From Candidatus Latescibacterota bacterium (GTDB lineage Bacteria > Latescibacterota > UBA2968 > GCA-2709665), in contig OZ250150.1 in the NCBI GenBank assembly GCA_965237675.1, positions 5,280,001-5,344,000 on the forward strand: 64,000 bases of DNA, given 5' to 3'. Below the pieces are notes generated by a model. That model saw only the letters and a program-made list of their open reading frames with translations, had not been told where the DNA came from and did not search any database. A program made the translations under genes and the position numbers. How positions within the stretch are numbered: the first letter of the stretch is position 1; every line of letters begins with the position of its first letter. Shown piece by piece: positions 31,727 through 41,207 of the stretch.

Positions 31727-32140
31727 CAGCTATCAGCTCTCAGCCGTCAGCTTGAATCAAAAACCCAATCAGTTGACGTCAGCGCCATGACCTCTCCCCC
31801 CGGCCCCCTCTCCTAAAGAAAAGGGGATAGGGTGTAGGTCTCGCCCTAACAAGCGCACGGTTACGGTGTGGGGGGTTTTTCCGCGCTATTCCGTTCAGTA
31901 CGGTTGCACGAAGCGTGCTTACGCGTACGCAGGGCAGATGTGTACGTAACCTCCACTGGAGTCATTCGCGGAAAAACCGGCCCCGCGCCGAGCGGCGCCC
32001 TTCTTTTTCGCCCTTTTTCTTGGGCGATGCAAGAAAAAGGGCAAGGGAATAGGGGACGTTCGGGGGTGGCGAAGATTCTAACTCACGGGTGGCGAGATGC
32101 GGTTGCTACTACAAACCACTTCGACAAGCTCAGTGCAAGC
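31727..32140. repeat. Intergenic cluster of degenerate small repeat/palindrome families
   Basis: CAGCTATCAGCTCTCAGCCGTCAGC heptads, CCTCTCCCCC..CCCTCTCC..GGGGA, CCCTTTTTCTTG..CAAGAAAAAGGG hairpin, CTTCGACAAGCTCAG. Confidence 0.5.
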
Positions 32141-32240
32141 AGCACAGGCAACACATGCACTTTGACAGGCTCTATGTAAACAACGCAGGGAGACGGGATG
32201 AACCGGCGGACGAATGGTGACATATTTCCGGGACGGGACA

Positions 32241-33917
32241 CTACCTCTCCTCGTCCGCTTCGAGGGTGTCCAGGATCGCACATGCGTCCTCCCGGATGGG
32301 TTCGGCGCAGAGAATCCGCCACTTGTACTGGATATCCCGCTTTCCCGCGCCCGCGGCGCGCAGGACTTCGTCTTCCGCCCAACCCGGGCGCATCAGATGG
32401 AGGCACGGCGGCGCCAGCCTTCGGGAGCGGCGCTTCTCGGCATACTCCACGTTGACCCCGGTCAGCGCCCGATCCAGATGGGGAATCACCTCGTCTCGAA
32501 GGAGGTCACGCGCGACCTTTCCCTTGAACTCCGCGTAGATTTCGTACCGGCGCGCCTCCACGTTCGCCACCACGCGGAACTGCTCGACCACCGATACGTC
32601 ATATCGGCGGCGGACCTCCTCCAGCGCCAGAAGAAGATGGTTCACGTGCATCTTCTCGCCCGTGATGCTCGTCATGTCGCGGCCCTTGCGGATGAAGGCC
32701 AGTAACGGGGCGTTCCGGTAGAACCCGGTCACCTGTACGATGTCGTGAATATCGTAGTGATAGAGGCCGCCGGGAGTGGTCAGCAGGACCCCATAGTTCA
32801 CGCCGGACTCCAGTTCATGGCTGGAAAGTACCGGTGGATTCGGGTCATCCAGCGATGCCTCGGGGATAAATTCGTAGTAATTTCCGTTCAGCGAGAGAAT
32901 GCCCGAGGCACTATGGTCCCGGTTCGGAAGGGTGAAATGTCCTTCGCTGGCCAGAAAGCCCAGGTCGCGCATGGGTGCGTCGCCGTAATATTCCGACAGC
33001 CTCCGGGCCTGAACGCCAACGCTGCCTCCCAGCCAGCACCCGATGAGTTTCAGGTCCGGCCAGCAATCCGCGGGAAGTAGCGTCCCCGTCCGTTCCACCA
33101 CGTCCGCGAGAACCCGCGCGCGGCCCGGATCCGGTTTCAGGAGGGCGGCCAGTTGTTTCGCAAGTTCGGGCTGGTCCGGCAGATCGATGCCGGGCGTGCC
33201 GTCGTGAACCGCGCGAACAATGGCCTCCTCGTTTTTGATTGCGGTTTCCGCCAGGCGGATGAGCGTACTGGGATTGGGTGTCGCGATGTACGAAACCCGC
33301 CTGGCAAGCGCCAGTCGCGCGGCTACGAAATAGCGGCGATCGTAGTCCCGAATCTCAGAAACGGCGTATGGAATGGCATACGTGCTGCGGATGGGTCCGG
33401 GAATCTGCTGGTAGAGCATCCCGGACGCGCTGCCGTATGGAAGTCCGGAGGGGGTGCGACCCTCGATCGCCCGGCTTACGATGCCGACAAAGGCGCCATC
33501 CAGGAACCCGGGATGGTCCTGGAGCGCACGATAGATCCACTCCAGGGAGAAACCGGACGCGCGCCGCATGGATTCGGGCGTGACCGGGATGTACTTCGGT
33601 TCGCCCGTGGTCCCGCTCGTCATGTTCAGCATACGGGGGGCGGCCGACGTAAGGACCGCCTTCTCACCGGCGATGATCCGGTTGACATAGGGACGCAGCC
33701 CTTCGTAGTCCCGGATGGGGACCTGGCGACGGAAGTCGGCCTCCGTGCGGATCGTGGCGAAGCCATGGTCCTTTCCAAATGCCGTGTTGGCGTTGGCCTT
33801 CACCTGGCGGAGAAGATAGGCGTTCTGCGCGGCTTCCGGGCGTTCCGCCGCGCGGTCGAGTTTCCGGGCAAGCCCGTATCCCTTCATCCGAATGAGTGTC
33901 TTGACAAGATTCCCCAT
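32241..33917 (-). CDS. GH3 family acyl-acid amido synthetase (auxin-responsive GH3-like)
   Basis: NANTAFGK.HGF, FRRQVPIRDYE, TSGTTGEPKYIP, FLASEG, YYEFIPE, GGLYHY.I.D, TGEK. Confidence 0.9.
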   Translation of the reverse strand: MGNLVKTLIRMKGYGLARKLDRAAERPEAAQNAYLLRQVKANANTAFGKDHGFATIRTEADFRRQVPIRDYEGLRPYVNRIIAGEKAVLTSAAPRMLNMTSGTTGEPKYIPVTPESMRRASGFSLEWIYRALQDHPGFLDGAFVGIVSRAIEGRTPSGLPYGSASGMLYQQIPGPIRSTYAIPYAVSEIRDYDRRYFVAARLALARRVSYIATPNPSTLIRLAETAIKNEEAIVRAVHDGTPGIDLPDQPELAKQLAALLKPDPGRARVLADVVERTGTLLPADCWPDLKLIGCWLGGSVGVQARRLSEYYGDAPMRDLGFLASEGHFTLPNRDHSASGILSLNGNYYEFIPEASLDDPNPPVLSSHELESGVNYGVLLTTPGGLYHYDIHDIVQVTGFYRNAPLLAFIRKGRDMTSITGEKMHVNHLLLALEEVRRRYDVSVVEQFRVVANVEARRYEIYAEFKGKVARDLLRDEVIPHLDRALTGVNVEYAEKRRSRRLAPPCLHLMRPGWAEDEVLRAAGAGKRDIQYKWRILCAEPIREDACAILDTLEADEER

Positions 33918-33920
33918 AAT

Positions 33921-35081
33921 TCATGCCTGTCCAAGGGACGTTGTGGTCTCCGCGTGGGCGTACAGACAACGCTCCCGCACGCGGACGCCGAGACCCGGCC
34001 CCGACATCAGCTGTGCCCTGCCGCCCGGGCCGAAGTCCACCGCTTCTTCGGACACGTCTTCAACCAGCAACATACCCCCGTAGGATCCCTCCACAAAGGC
34101 CACATCGTCCAGATGGGCGGCCACGTGCCGCCCTGCCGCCGAGAGGATCGCGGACTCCCCCACCTGGCAACCCAATTGCAGGCGCAATCCCGCACGGGCG
34201 GCCATTTGGGCGATCTCAAGCGTGCGGGCCACCCCGCCGCATTTGGAGATGCGCAAATTGAAGAAATCGCAGGCCCGCGCCTCGATCAGCGCCTCCGCGT
34301 CGGCCACGGTCACGAGCGATTCGTCCGCCATGATCGGAATCGGCGACCGGGTCCGGACGTGCGCGAGCACCGACGGGTCGCCGCGGGGAATGGGTTGCTC
34401 AGCGCAGGCGATATCCAGGGACGCCAGATCCTCGAGCGTCGCGATCGCCTCTTCTGGAGTGTACGCACAGTTTGCGTCGACCCTGAGGGAGACGGATTTA
34501 CCCACCACGTTTCGGACAGCCGCCACCCGCTCGCGTGCGTCCCGTCCGTCGATCTTGATCTTGACGGCCTGAAGCCCGTATTCTACGCAGATCCGCGCGA
34601 GCCGCACCGCGTTGTCGATTGAGCCGCCCGTAATAACGCCGCTGTAGGTAACGGCTGCCCGCTTCGGACGCAGAATCTCGCCCAGAGACAGCTTCTGGCG
34701 CCTCAGCAGGACGTCGGGCAGGGCCAGTTCGCACGCCGCCCGCGCGGCGTGCCACGCGACGACGCCGTTGGATTCGCCATCGGGCAATGCCCGTTCCAAC
34801 GCGGCCAGGACGTTGATGGGATCCGGACCAGGTGTCAGCGCCGGAAAGTCGAATTCCGCGATGGCTGGCCAGAGACAATGCGCAATATGATCGAGGCAGG
34901 TCTCGACGGTCTCGCCCGTCACGTAGGGGCGCGGCAGGCCTTCGCCGTAACCCACCGTGCCGTCGTCGGCCGTCAGGCGCACGACGACCGAGTCCGAGCG
35001 GGACCGTACCGAAGCGCTGTGACCGAAGGCCTCGACGAAAGGAATCCTGAGGGCGAAGCAGGTTACGCCGATGATCTTCAT
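33921..35081 (-). CDS. Enolase superfamily, muconate-lactonizing subgroup (dipeptide epimerase/N-acylamino acid racemase-like)
   Basis: F.HS, GEGLPRPYVTGET, KIK, DAN, EQP, DES, NLRISKCGG, GCQVGES; ATG 35081 overlaps the HAD stop. Confidence 0.85.
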   Translation of the reverse strand: MKIIGVTCFALRIPFVEAFGHSASVRSRSDSVVVRLTADDGTVGYGEGLPRPYVTGETVETCLDHIAHCLWPAIAEFDFPALTPGPDPINVLAALERALPDGESNGVVAWHAARAACELALPDVLLRRQKLSLGEILRPKRAAVTYSGVITGGSIDNAVRLARICVEYGLQAVKIKIDGRDARERVAAVRNVVGKSVSLRVDANCAYTPEEAIATLEDLASLDIACAEQPIPRGDPSVLAHVRTRSPIPIMADESLVTVADAEALIEARACDFFNLRISKCGGVARTLEIAQMAARAGLRLQLGCQVGESAILSAAGRHVAAHLDDVAFVEGSYGGMLLVEDVSEEAVDFGPGGRAQLMSGPGLGVRVRERCLYAHAETTTSLGQA

Positions 35082-35787
35082 ACCGGCCCTCGAATCGTGG
35101 CGCCAAGGCTGTGGTCCGTTCGCCCAATCTGCTGGTTGTCCAAGAGTCCCTGGATCGACGGGATGGTGATATCGGGTATCTCCTCCGGGCGCCGGGGCGC
35201 CTGAAACCGCGAAAAACCCTGCAACACGCGAATCGTCCTCCAGTCCTGAGATTTCGCGGGCCCGATATCGTTGTCGAGTCGATCTCCAACCATCAAGGCC
35301 TCCTCGGGGGCGCACCCGGCCAGAGCGATGGCCCGCCGGAATATCTCCGGATCGGGCTTCGAAAGGCCGAACTCGGTGGACGCAAAGACAAGAGAGAAAG
35401 GGTCCCGAATGCGCCATCGCGCGAGCCGTTCCTCCGTACCTTCGGACTGGTTGGCGATGACGCCGAGCTTGAATTTTCGCGATAGCGTCTCGAGAAGTTC
35501 CGGGACGCCGGGATACAGGACCCCGTTTTCGTGTTCGTAGCGCACGGAACGCTCAACGGTACGTAGCTGCTCCCGGGTCAGATTCAGCCGGCCAAGCATA
35601 CCACGAAACGGACTCCTGGCGAAGTCGGTCGCCGCCTGCTCGCACATCGCCATAAGTTCATCCACGGAATGGCGTAGACCCAACCCTCCATGCGCTCACA
35701 CACGCCCTTGAGACGCGCCCGGTGCGCCCGGGTTTCGTCCACGAGCGTCCAGCCCAGATCCAGGAAAATCCATTCGATGTTGTTCAT
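35078..35787 (-). pseudogene. HAD-superfamily hydrolase with single-base frameshift near 35686
   Basis: Motif I DLGWTLVD in ORF 35584..35787; IANQ, KPDP, VGDRLDND in ORF 35078..35683; one G added to GAGGG restores the frame. Confidence 0.75.
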
Positions 35788-35985
35788 GGGAGCAAATTGG
35801 GACGTCGGAATCGAAATGCACGCTTGATGTGACTGTGATGATGGCGGACGCTTTCGTTCGCCTTCTTCATTGCTGACGTGTGATATTGGTTGACCGATCG
35901 TGTTCTACGACCGGTTCGTTTTCGTTCCTGCCAAACCATCTTTTTCCATATTGCGTTGGGCGTCCATCTGACGGACGGTGCGCGA

Positions 35986-37491
35986 TTATCGATCCACGCC
36001 GTATTTCTTTATCCAGTTCGTGAACGTCTGGTAGCTGGGGAGGCCCACGAGCCGGGTCGCCCGCGACTTGTTACCCTGTGTCTCATCCAGCGCCCGTGCG
36101 AGGTAATGCCGCGCCACCGATGCCAGTAAATCCGGCAGGCTAAAGTCATCGCCGATCGGGCGTTCGAGGATCTTCGAGTCCACCGGGCTCACTGCGGGCA
36201 GCAACGCTTCCCGCACGTCTTCCCTCCGCATGATTGGCCCAGCCGTCCACAACGCGGCCCGATGAAGCGTGTTCAGGAGTTCGCGGACGTTGCCCGGCCA
36301 CGGGTGGGATAGGAGAAGATTTCTTGCGTCTGGAGAAATTTTCTTGTGCTCGAAACCCGGCTGTTGCGCGTGTTCCTCGTTGACCTGCTCGAGCAATCGA
36401 TTCACGAGAAGACCCAGGTCGCCCTCACGTTCTCGCAGTGGCGGCAGCTTCAGGTCCGCCACGGCCAGACGATAGTACAAATCCTCACGAAACCGACCCT
36501 CCGCGACCTCTCCCGCCAGACTCCGATTCGTTGCCGCGATGATCCTGACGTCCACCTCGCGGTGGGACGTGGAGCCCACGCGCAATACCCTTCCGTCCTG
36601 CAGGATCCGAAGGAATCTCACCTGGGCGGGCGGGGAGAGTTCGCCGACTTCGTCAAGGAAAAGCGTTCCACAATCGGCGGCCTCGAAATATCCGGCCCTG
36701 GCCCGGCCCGCGCCCGTGAACGCGCCCTTTTCGTAGCCAAACAACTCGGATTCGGCGAGTTCGGCCGGTATCGCGCCGCAGTTGACCGCCAGGAAGGGCC
36801 GATCGCGCCGGGGACTCGCCCGGTGGATCGCCCGTGCCAGCAATTCCTTTCCCGTACCGGACTCCCCCTGGATGAGAACCGGAACCGATCGCGGCGCCAC
36901 ACGTCGGGCCCTCTCGATGACGCGGGCCATGGCCTCGCTCCGGTAGATGATATCGGCGAATTCCGGCGCCTCCGGCGGGAGTCCGGCCGTCGCTCTTTCA
37001 AGACGCTTGTCCGGGCCCCGGAGGAGGTCGGGGATGAACTCGGCCGAGATGTCGAACGGCACCGAGGCCGTGCGCACGCCGTCCTCCGGCGAAGACTCAA
37101 TCAGTTCCGCGGGAAAACGCGTTTTGGCCAGGATGATCCAGATTGCTGCGATGGCTGGCGTGCCGGGACTGAGATGAAACGTCAGTTTCGCGTCCCTCCC
37201 ATGATTCACCAGTGTCGCCGACACAACCCGAACGGCGGCCTCATAGATCTCTCCGAACTCCGTGGGCCCTGAGAGCGGCTCGTGGCGAACCGCAACCGTG
37301 GCCTGGGTCCACGGCCGGAGCCACTCGATGTACGGCGCCACTTCATTCTCCGCGAAGTCGCTTATCAATACAACAGCGTCGAATTCGCGCACGCCGAGCG
37401 CCTGGGCGACCGGCCCATTGCCGACGACCGGATCTTCCGAGGGTGCCCGAAGATCCGCCCGGCCGATCCAACTGATCAGGATTCGGGTCAT
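35986..37491 (-). CDS. Sigma54-dependent activator with N-terminal CARF/RtcR-like domain and C-terminal Fis HTH
   Basis: GESGTGKE, ESELFG..KGAFTGA, FLDE, FREDLYYRL, WPGNVREL; N-terminal SWIG...TFHLSPGTP. Confidence 0.9.
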   Translation of the reverse strand: MTRILISWIGRADLRAPSEDPVVGNGPVAQALGVREFDAVVLISDFAENEVAPYIEWLRPWTQATVAVRHEPLSGPTEFGEIYEAAVRVVSATLVNHGRDAKLTFHLSPGTPAIAAIWIILAKTRFPAELIESSPEDGVRTASVPFDISAEFIPDLLRGPDKRLERATAGLPPEAPEFADIIYRSEAMARVIERARRVAPRSVPVLIQGESGTGKELLARAIHRASPRRDRPFLAVNCGAIPAELAESELFGYEKGAFTGAGRARAGYFEAADCGTLFLDEVGELSPPAQVRFLRILQDGRVLRVGSTSHREVDVRIIAATNRSLAGEVAEGRFREDLYYRLAVADLKLPPLREREGDLGLLVNRLLEQVNEEHAQQPGFEHKKISPDARNLLLSHPWPGNVRELLNTLHRAALWTAGPIMRREDVREALLPAVSPVDSKILERPIGDDFSLPDLLASVARHYLARALDETQGNKSRATRLVGLPSYQTFTNWIKKYGVDR

Positions 37492-37539
37492 AGGCACTCA
37501 ATATACAAAAAATCTTGTGGTCTCACAAGATTTCTTATG
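37389..37539. repeat. Direct repeat copy 1 (activator 5' end plus upstream palindrome)
   Basis: Matches 41036..41185, near-identical over GCACGCCGAGCGCCTG...GGCCGATCC and ACAAGATTTCTTATG. Confidence 0.9.
37510..37533. promoter_or_regulatory. Palindromic operator upstream of the sigma54 activator
   Basis: AAATCTTGTG-gtct-CACAAGATTT perfect inverted repeat next to a TATATT -10-like hexamer on the minus strand. Confidence 0.65.
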
Positions 37540-37741
37540 GATTGGCGTTGAAAAGAGCTATCTCAACCACCGCGTGGCGCTGCCTATACCAAAAAGATGC
37601 TCAAGAAGTCCTTGAAAGCACACACTGATTCCTAGCATCATATGGCAATATGCCACTGGGATTCCAGCAAATAAACGCGATAACGTCGATCAGAATCCTT
37701 GATTATATCGAAGCGTAATTGATCCCACGAACTACCTGTGA

Positions 37742-38805
37742 TTATCTCGGACCGACCCACAGCCCGTCCTCGTTGAAAAACTGCGATCTCGCGTAACCGA
37801 TGGCATTCCAAAGTGCATCAAACGCTGGTCGTACCGCGCTATGATGATCCACATCCGTACCATAGTCCTCAAGAACACATTCTGGGAGGCAAAGAAGATC
37901 TTTGGCCAATCGCCTACTATCCATGGGGCGTTGGTCGATGGCATAAATTGCGTCCCGAACGCCTTCGAGTGTGATCATAAGGAAGAGGGGCGGAGGTACG
38001 CCAAAGTCCCTTAGACCTACCAGGTACGGTGATATTACGGTGAATACATCCTTTTCCAACTTCAAGCCCGCGATCAAGGGGTACTCTTCCAAACGTCCTT
38101 CAGCAATCCCAGATATAGTCGCTTCGATAGTACCGTTTCTGAAAATCTGGGTATATCCGTGTCTGCCGGCTCGACTTCGTTCGTTAATAAATCCCTCAAA
38201 GTTAAAACGGGGTGTGTATCCGCGTCGACATTCAAATGCACCATTCCAAAGAAAGCGGCCACAGGGACAATATGAAGAATGAAACGACCACTTCCCGAGA
38301 GTGGACACGAAGCTTGTCCCTGAGCAATCAGCCTTAGTCTATCTTCCCTGAACGTACGTACATCTTTCAATGCTGAAGCCGATTGAGTGAACAAGGTTCG
38401 CAATTCCTCAATGCTTGGTTCATGCACTCCGGCAGAATGACGAACGTAGAAACGATTTAAACCCTTGGCAGACACTCGATGAGGAGGATGAAAACTCCGA
38501 GGGATCCGTATAAGAATCACACACTTGCCGGTGGCAAGGGGAATAGCCTTCGTTCGAATACCTGATATTGGTGGGTCCAAACCGCTGCGGATGATCTGCT
38601 CAATTCGCTGAATCTCGGCGTCTAGATCCAGACCGCCAATCCCCGTGATCTCTGTTGCAATACCACTCTCCTCCCTTACTCCAATAATCAGATGGCCGCC
38701 ATGAGCGTTTGCCAACGCCGATACGTCTTTCAGAAGCTCTCGTTTGTCCGAGTCTGATGTCCTGTATTGCGTTTGCTTGAATTCGAGCCGCAGCCCTTCC
38801 GGCAC
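37742..38805 (-). pseudogene. Schlafen AlbA_2 domain protein, apparently 5' truncated and frameshifted
   Basis: EGLRLEFK...KDVSALANAHGGHLIIGVRE, PH.V...RFYVR; C-terminal RFNFEG...YTQIFRNG.IEA lies in another frame after about 38225. Confidence 0.8.
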
Positions 38806-38883
38806 CGGTCTTCAGATATATGGCTTTTGAACAGACCTCGCGTTGAAACTGTTCTCGCAGTCTTACGATTTCAGCCATCAGAT

Positions 38884-40275
38884 TTAGCCTCTATCGGGTT
38901 TGACGTAGCCGATGACATACTCCTGATGCATTCGCTGTTGGATTTGCGAGGATTTATCGAGCGTGGTACCGGCCGGGAGCATGCGCCGGTTCCTATCCAA
39001 ATTTCTGATCCCAATAGCAGGAACGTCGAATCCTATCGCGCTCCCAATATCGGCCAAACAATTGCCCGTTTCACTGTCGCGGCCACGCATAGTGGAATTT
39101 CCTACGACGACAATGGCCGCCTTCCCCGGCTTAAGGACGCGATGCATCTCACGAAGCACATGGGTCATCTCCGAGTAATACCGGTGCAGTACTTTCCCTT
39201 TCTTCGCATCGTGTTTGGCGACTTCCTCGACAACTCGAAGGGTATCTGCAGGCAGGGTCTCCAATACCATGCCACTGGTCGATTCGCCGCCAATCGTTCG
39301 GCTGCGTCTTTTGCCGAGATCATTCACCGAGAACCCCATCCAGACCAGAGAAAATTTGTGTGCACGCATGTAGTCAATCGCATTGGACGCATACGGCGGG
39401 GACGTGACAATTAAATCGACACTTTCGTCGGATAAGGGTAATCTCTGCGCATCGCCATTCTCGATGACGGGCTGTGGATGATCAGGGCCCAGGTCTAGTA
39501 GATTGGATAAATTCCTCCGAAACCGGTGATAGAATTCTTCAAATGGAGACCGCAGCTTCTTAGATATGAAACGGAGTCGGGATCGTTGCAGATGTAGTTG
39601 TTCCTTGCCCGACAGAAGATCACCTTTCATATCGTACACGACCTTTGCTCGATGTGGACGGGTGTGGGCCAGATCGAGCGCCAGGGAAACACCGCCTGAC
39701 TTTGTAATGATAATCGCGGAGAATACGACCTCGAAAAACGCCATGAGTGCTTCGACCGAATTCATTCGAACGTCGGATTCACCCGGGATTCGACGAATCT
39801 CTCTCATCAGTGCGCACAGATCGCTCTGAGTCTCCGGATTAAACCAATAATCGACAAACCTCGACGTATTCACATCCCAATCTCGATGATATTCCTCTCC
39901 CAGTCGACTGCGTTGATCATGAGACAACAGAGGCGCTCTGTTGAGGATTACGTTACCTGTTTCCAGAACTTTCCGTGTATCGAGCTGTGTGGTCTTTACC
40001 TTCGCGATCCGAACAGCCAGTGGGTCTGTGTCGAAACCGATAGGCTGGCGTTTTGCCAATAATGCTTCGACCAGTGTCGTACCGGACCCCATCATCGGAT
40101 CGAGGACCGCATCGCCAGGTTCCGTTAGGGCAGCGATGAATTTCCGCGGCAGTTGCGGCGGAAATTTGGCTGGAAATGGATGAAATTGATGAGACGCATA
40201 ATTGCTGTTCGCCGAATGGAAATCGAGATCATCGGCCAGTAGCGCGATGAGTTTTTCGCGGGTCGTCCCGGACAT
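38884..40275 (-). CDS. Site-specific DNA methyltransferase (N4-cytosine/N6-adenine, SPPY type)
   Basis: HPFPAKFPPQL, LDPMMGSGTT, DLIVTSPPY, EMHRVLKPG. Confidence 0.92.
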   Translation of the reverse strand: MSGTTREKLIALLADDLDFHSANSNYASHQFHPFPAKFPPQLPRKFIAALTEPGDAVLDPMMGSGTTLVEALLAKRQPIGFDTDPLAVRIAKVKTTQLDTRKVLETGNVILNRAPLLSHDQRSRLGEEYHRDWDVNTSRFVDYWFNPETQSDLCALMREIRRIPGESDVRMNSVEALMAFFEVVFSAIIITKSGGVSLALDLAHTRPHRAKVVYDMKGDLLSGKEQLHLQRSRLRFISKKLRSPFEEFYHRFRRNLSNLLDLGPDHPQPVIENGDAQRLPLSDESVDLIVTSPPYASNAIDYMRAHKFSLVWMGFSVNDLGKRRSRTIGGESTSGMVLETLPADTLRVVEEVAKHDAKKGKVLHRYYSEMTHVLREMHRVLKPGKAAIVVVGNSTMRGRDSETGNCLADIGSAIGFDVPAIGIRNLDRNRRMLPAGTTLDKSSQIQQRMHQEYVIGYVKPDRG

Positions 40276-41035
40276 GATCGGCGGCGCTTCGGGATATATT
40301 GAAAGCTGTGAGGGTTGTATAACCGAAATCTTTCTAAACCTTCAGCAAACGGGTTGATATCACGATCCGTTACACCTCGGATGTGCGCTCGTAGATCTGG
40401 TTGATACAGGTTTGATGAAAATAGCGTGGGATTGCTACCTCCCGCTTTTGGCCATCGCCGCTATTAACAGGTATCATCACAACAAGATCCGTCTCTCCGA
40501 CTCGGCCTCGGCCGTCGAGGAATTTCTGGTGACCTTAAAGTCCATCTACCTTGCCTGGAATTGGTCGACCATGTAGAGTGCATCCAATGTTCGACTGGAG
40601 CATGTGCTCCTGTTTCCACAGACGCATTACGAAAGCCGGCACCTGGATTGGGTTCTGCCGCAGCGGCTTCATTTAGCCAACGTCGGCGAAAAGGCGATGG
40701 CCGGAAATATCCTTCCGGATGGGCATATCGTCGGCGTTACACATGCGGGCGCTAAAGTTCTGACCGTCTTCTACAATCTGTTCTGAGATCTCTGCATGCC
40801 GCGTCCCGGACCCAGAGCGACCAATAGTTCAAAACGGTTGAGGGAGATACTTCCACATGCCAAATATAGTGAAACTTTGTTCACTATGCAAGACCGAGTC
40901 GAACATTTGAGATGATTTTCCCTTTCGGGCTAACCAAATCAGATCTTTCGATTCGCTGCGCCGCATTCTCATGGGTAACAGGCGGCTGCCATCGCCGGCT
41001 TGCCCGTGTCGCATTTTGCCGTGTTTCTATGCAAT

Positions 41036-41185
41036 GCACGCCGAGCGCCTGCGCGACCGGCCCATTGCCGACGACCGGATCTTCCGAGGGTGCCCGAAGA
41101 TCGGCCCGGCCGATCCTACTGATTAAAATTCCGGTTATGTACAATCGTGACATAAGAATTCTTGTGAAATACAAGATTTCTTATG
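41036..41185. repeat. Direct repeat copy 2: dead 5' fragment of the sigma54 activator plus palindrome
   Basis: Encodes ILISRIGRADLRAPSEDPVVGNGPVAQALGV with ATG changed to ATA; CATAAGAATTCTTGT-gaaat-ACAAGATTTCTTATG. Confidence 0.9.
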
Positions 41186-41207
41186 TTCCGGGAGGGCCCT
41201 GAATTTG

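Noticed and set aside
35082-35417. 498-aa extended enolase ORF
   Set aside because: The extension overlaps the HAD gene; ATG 35081 gives the normal family start.
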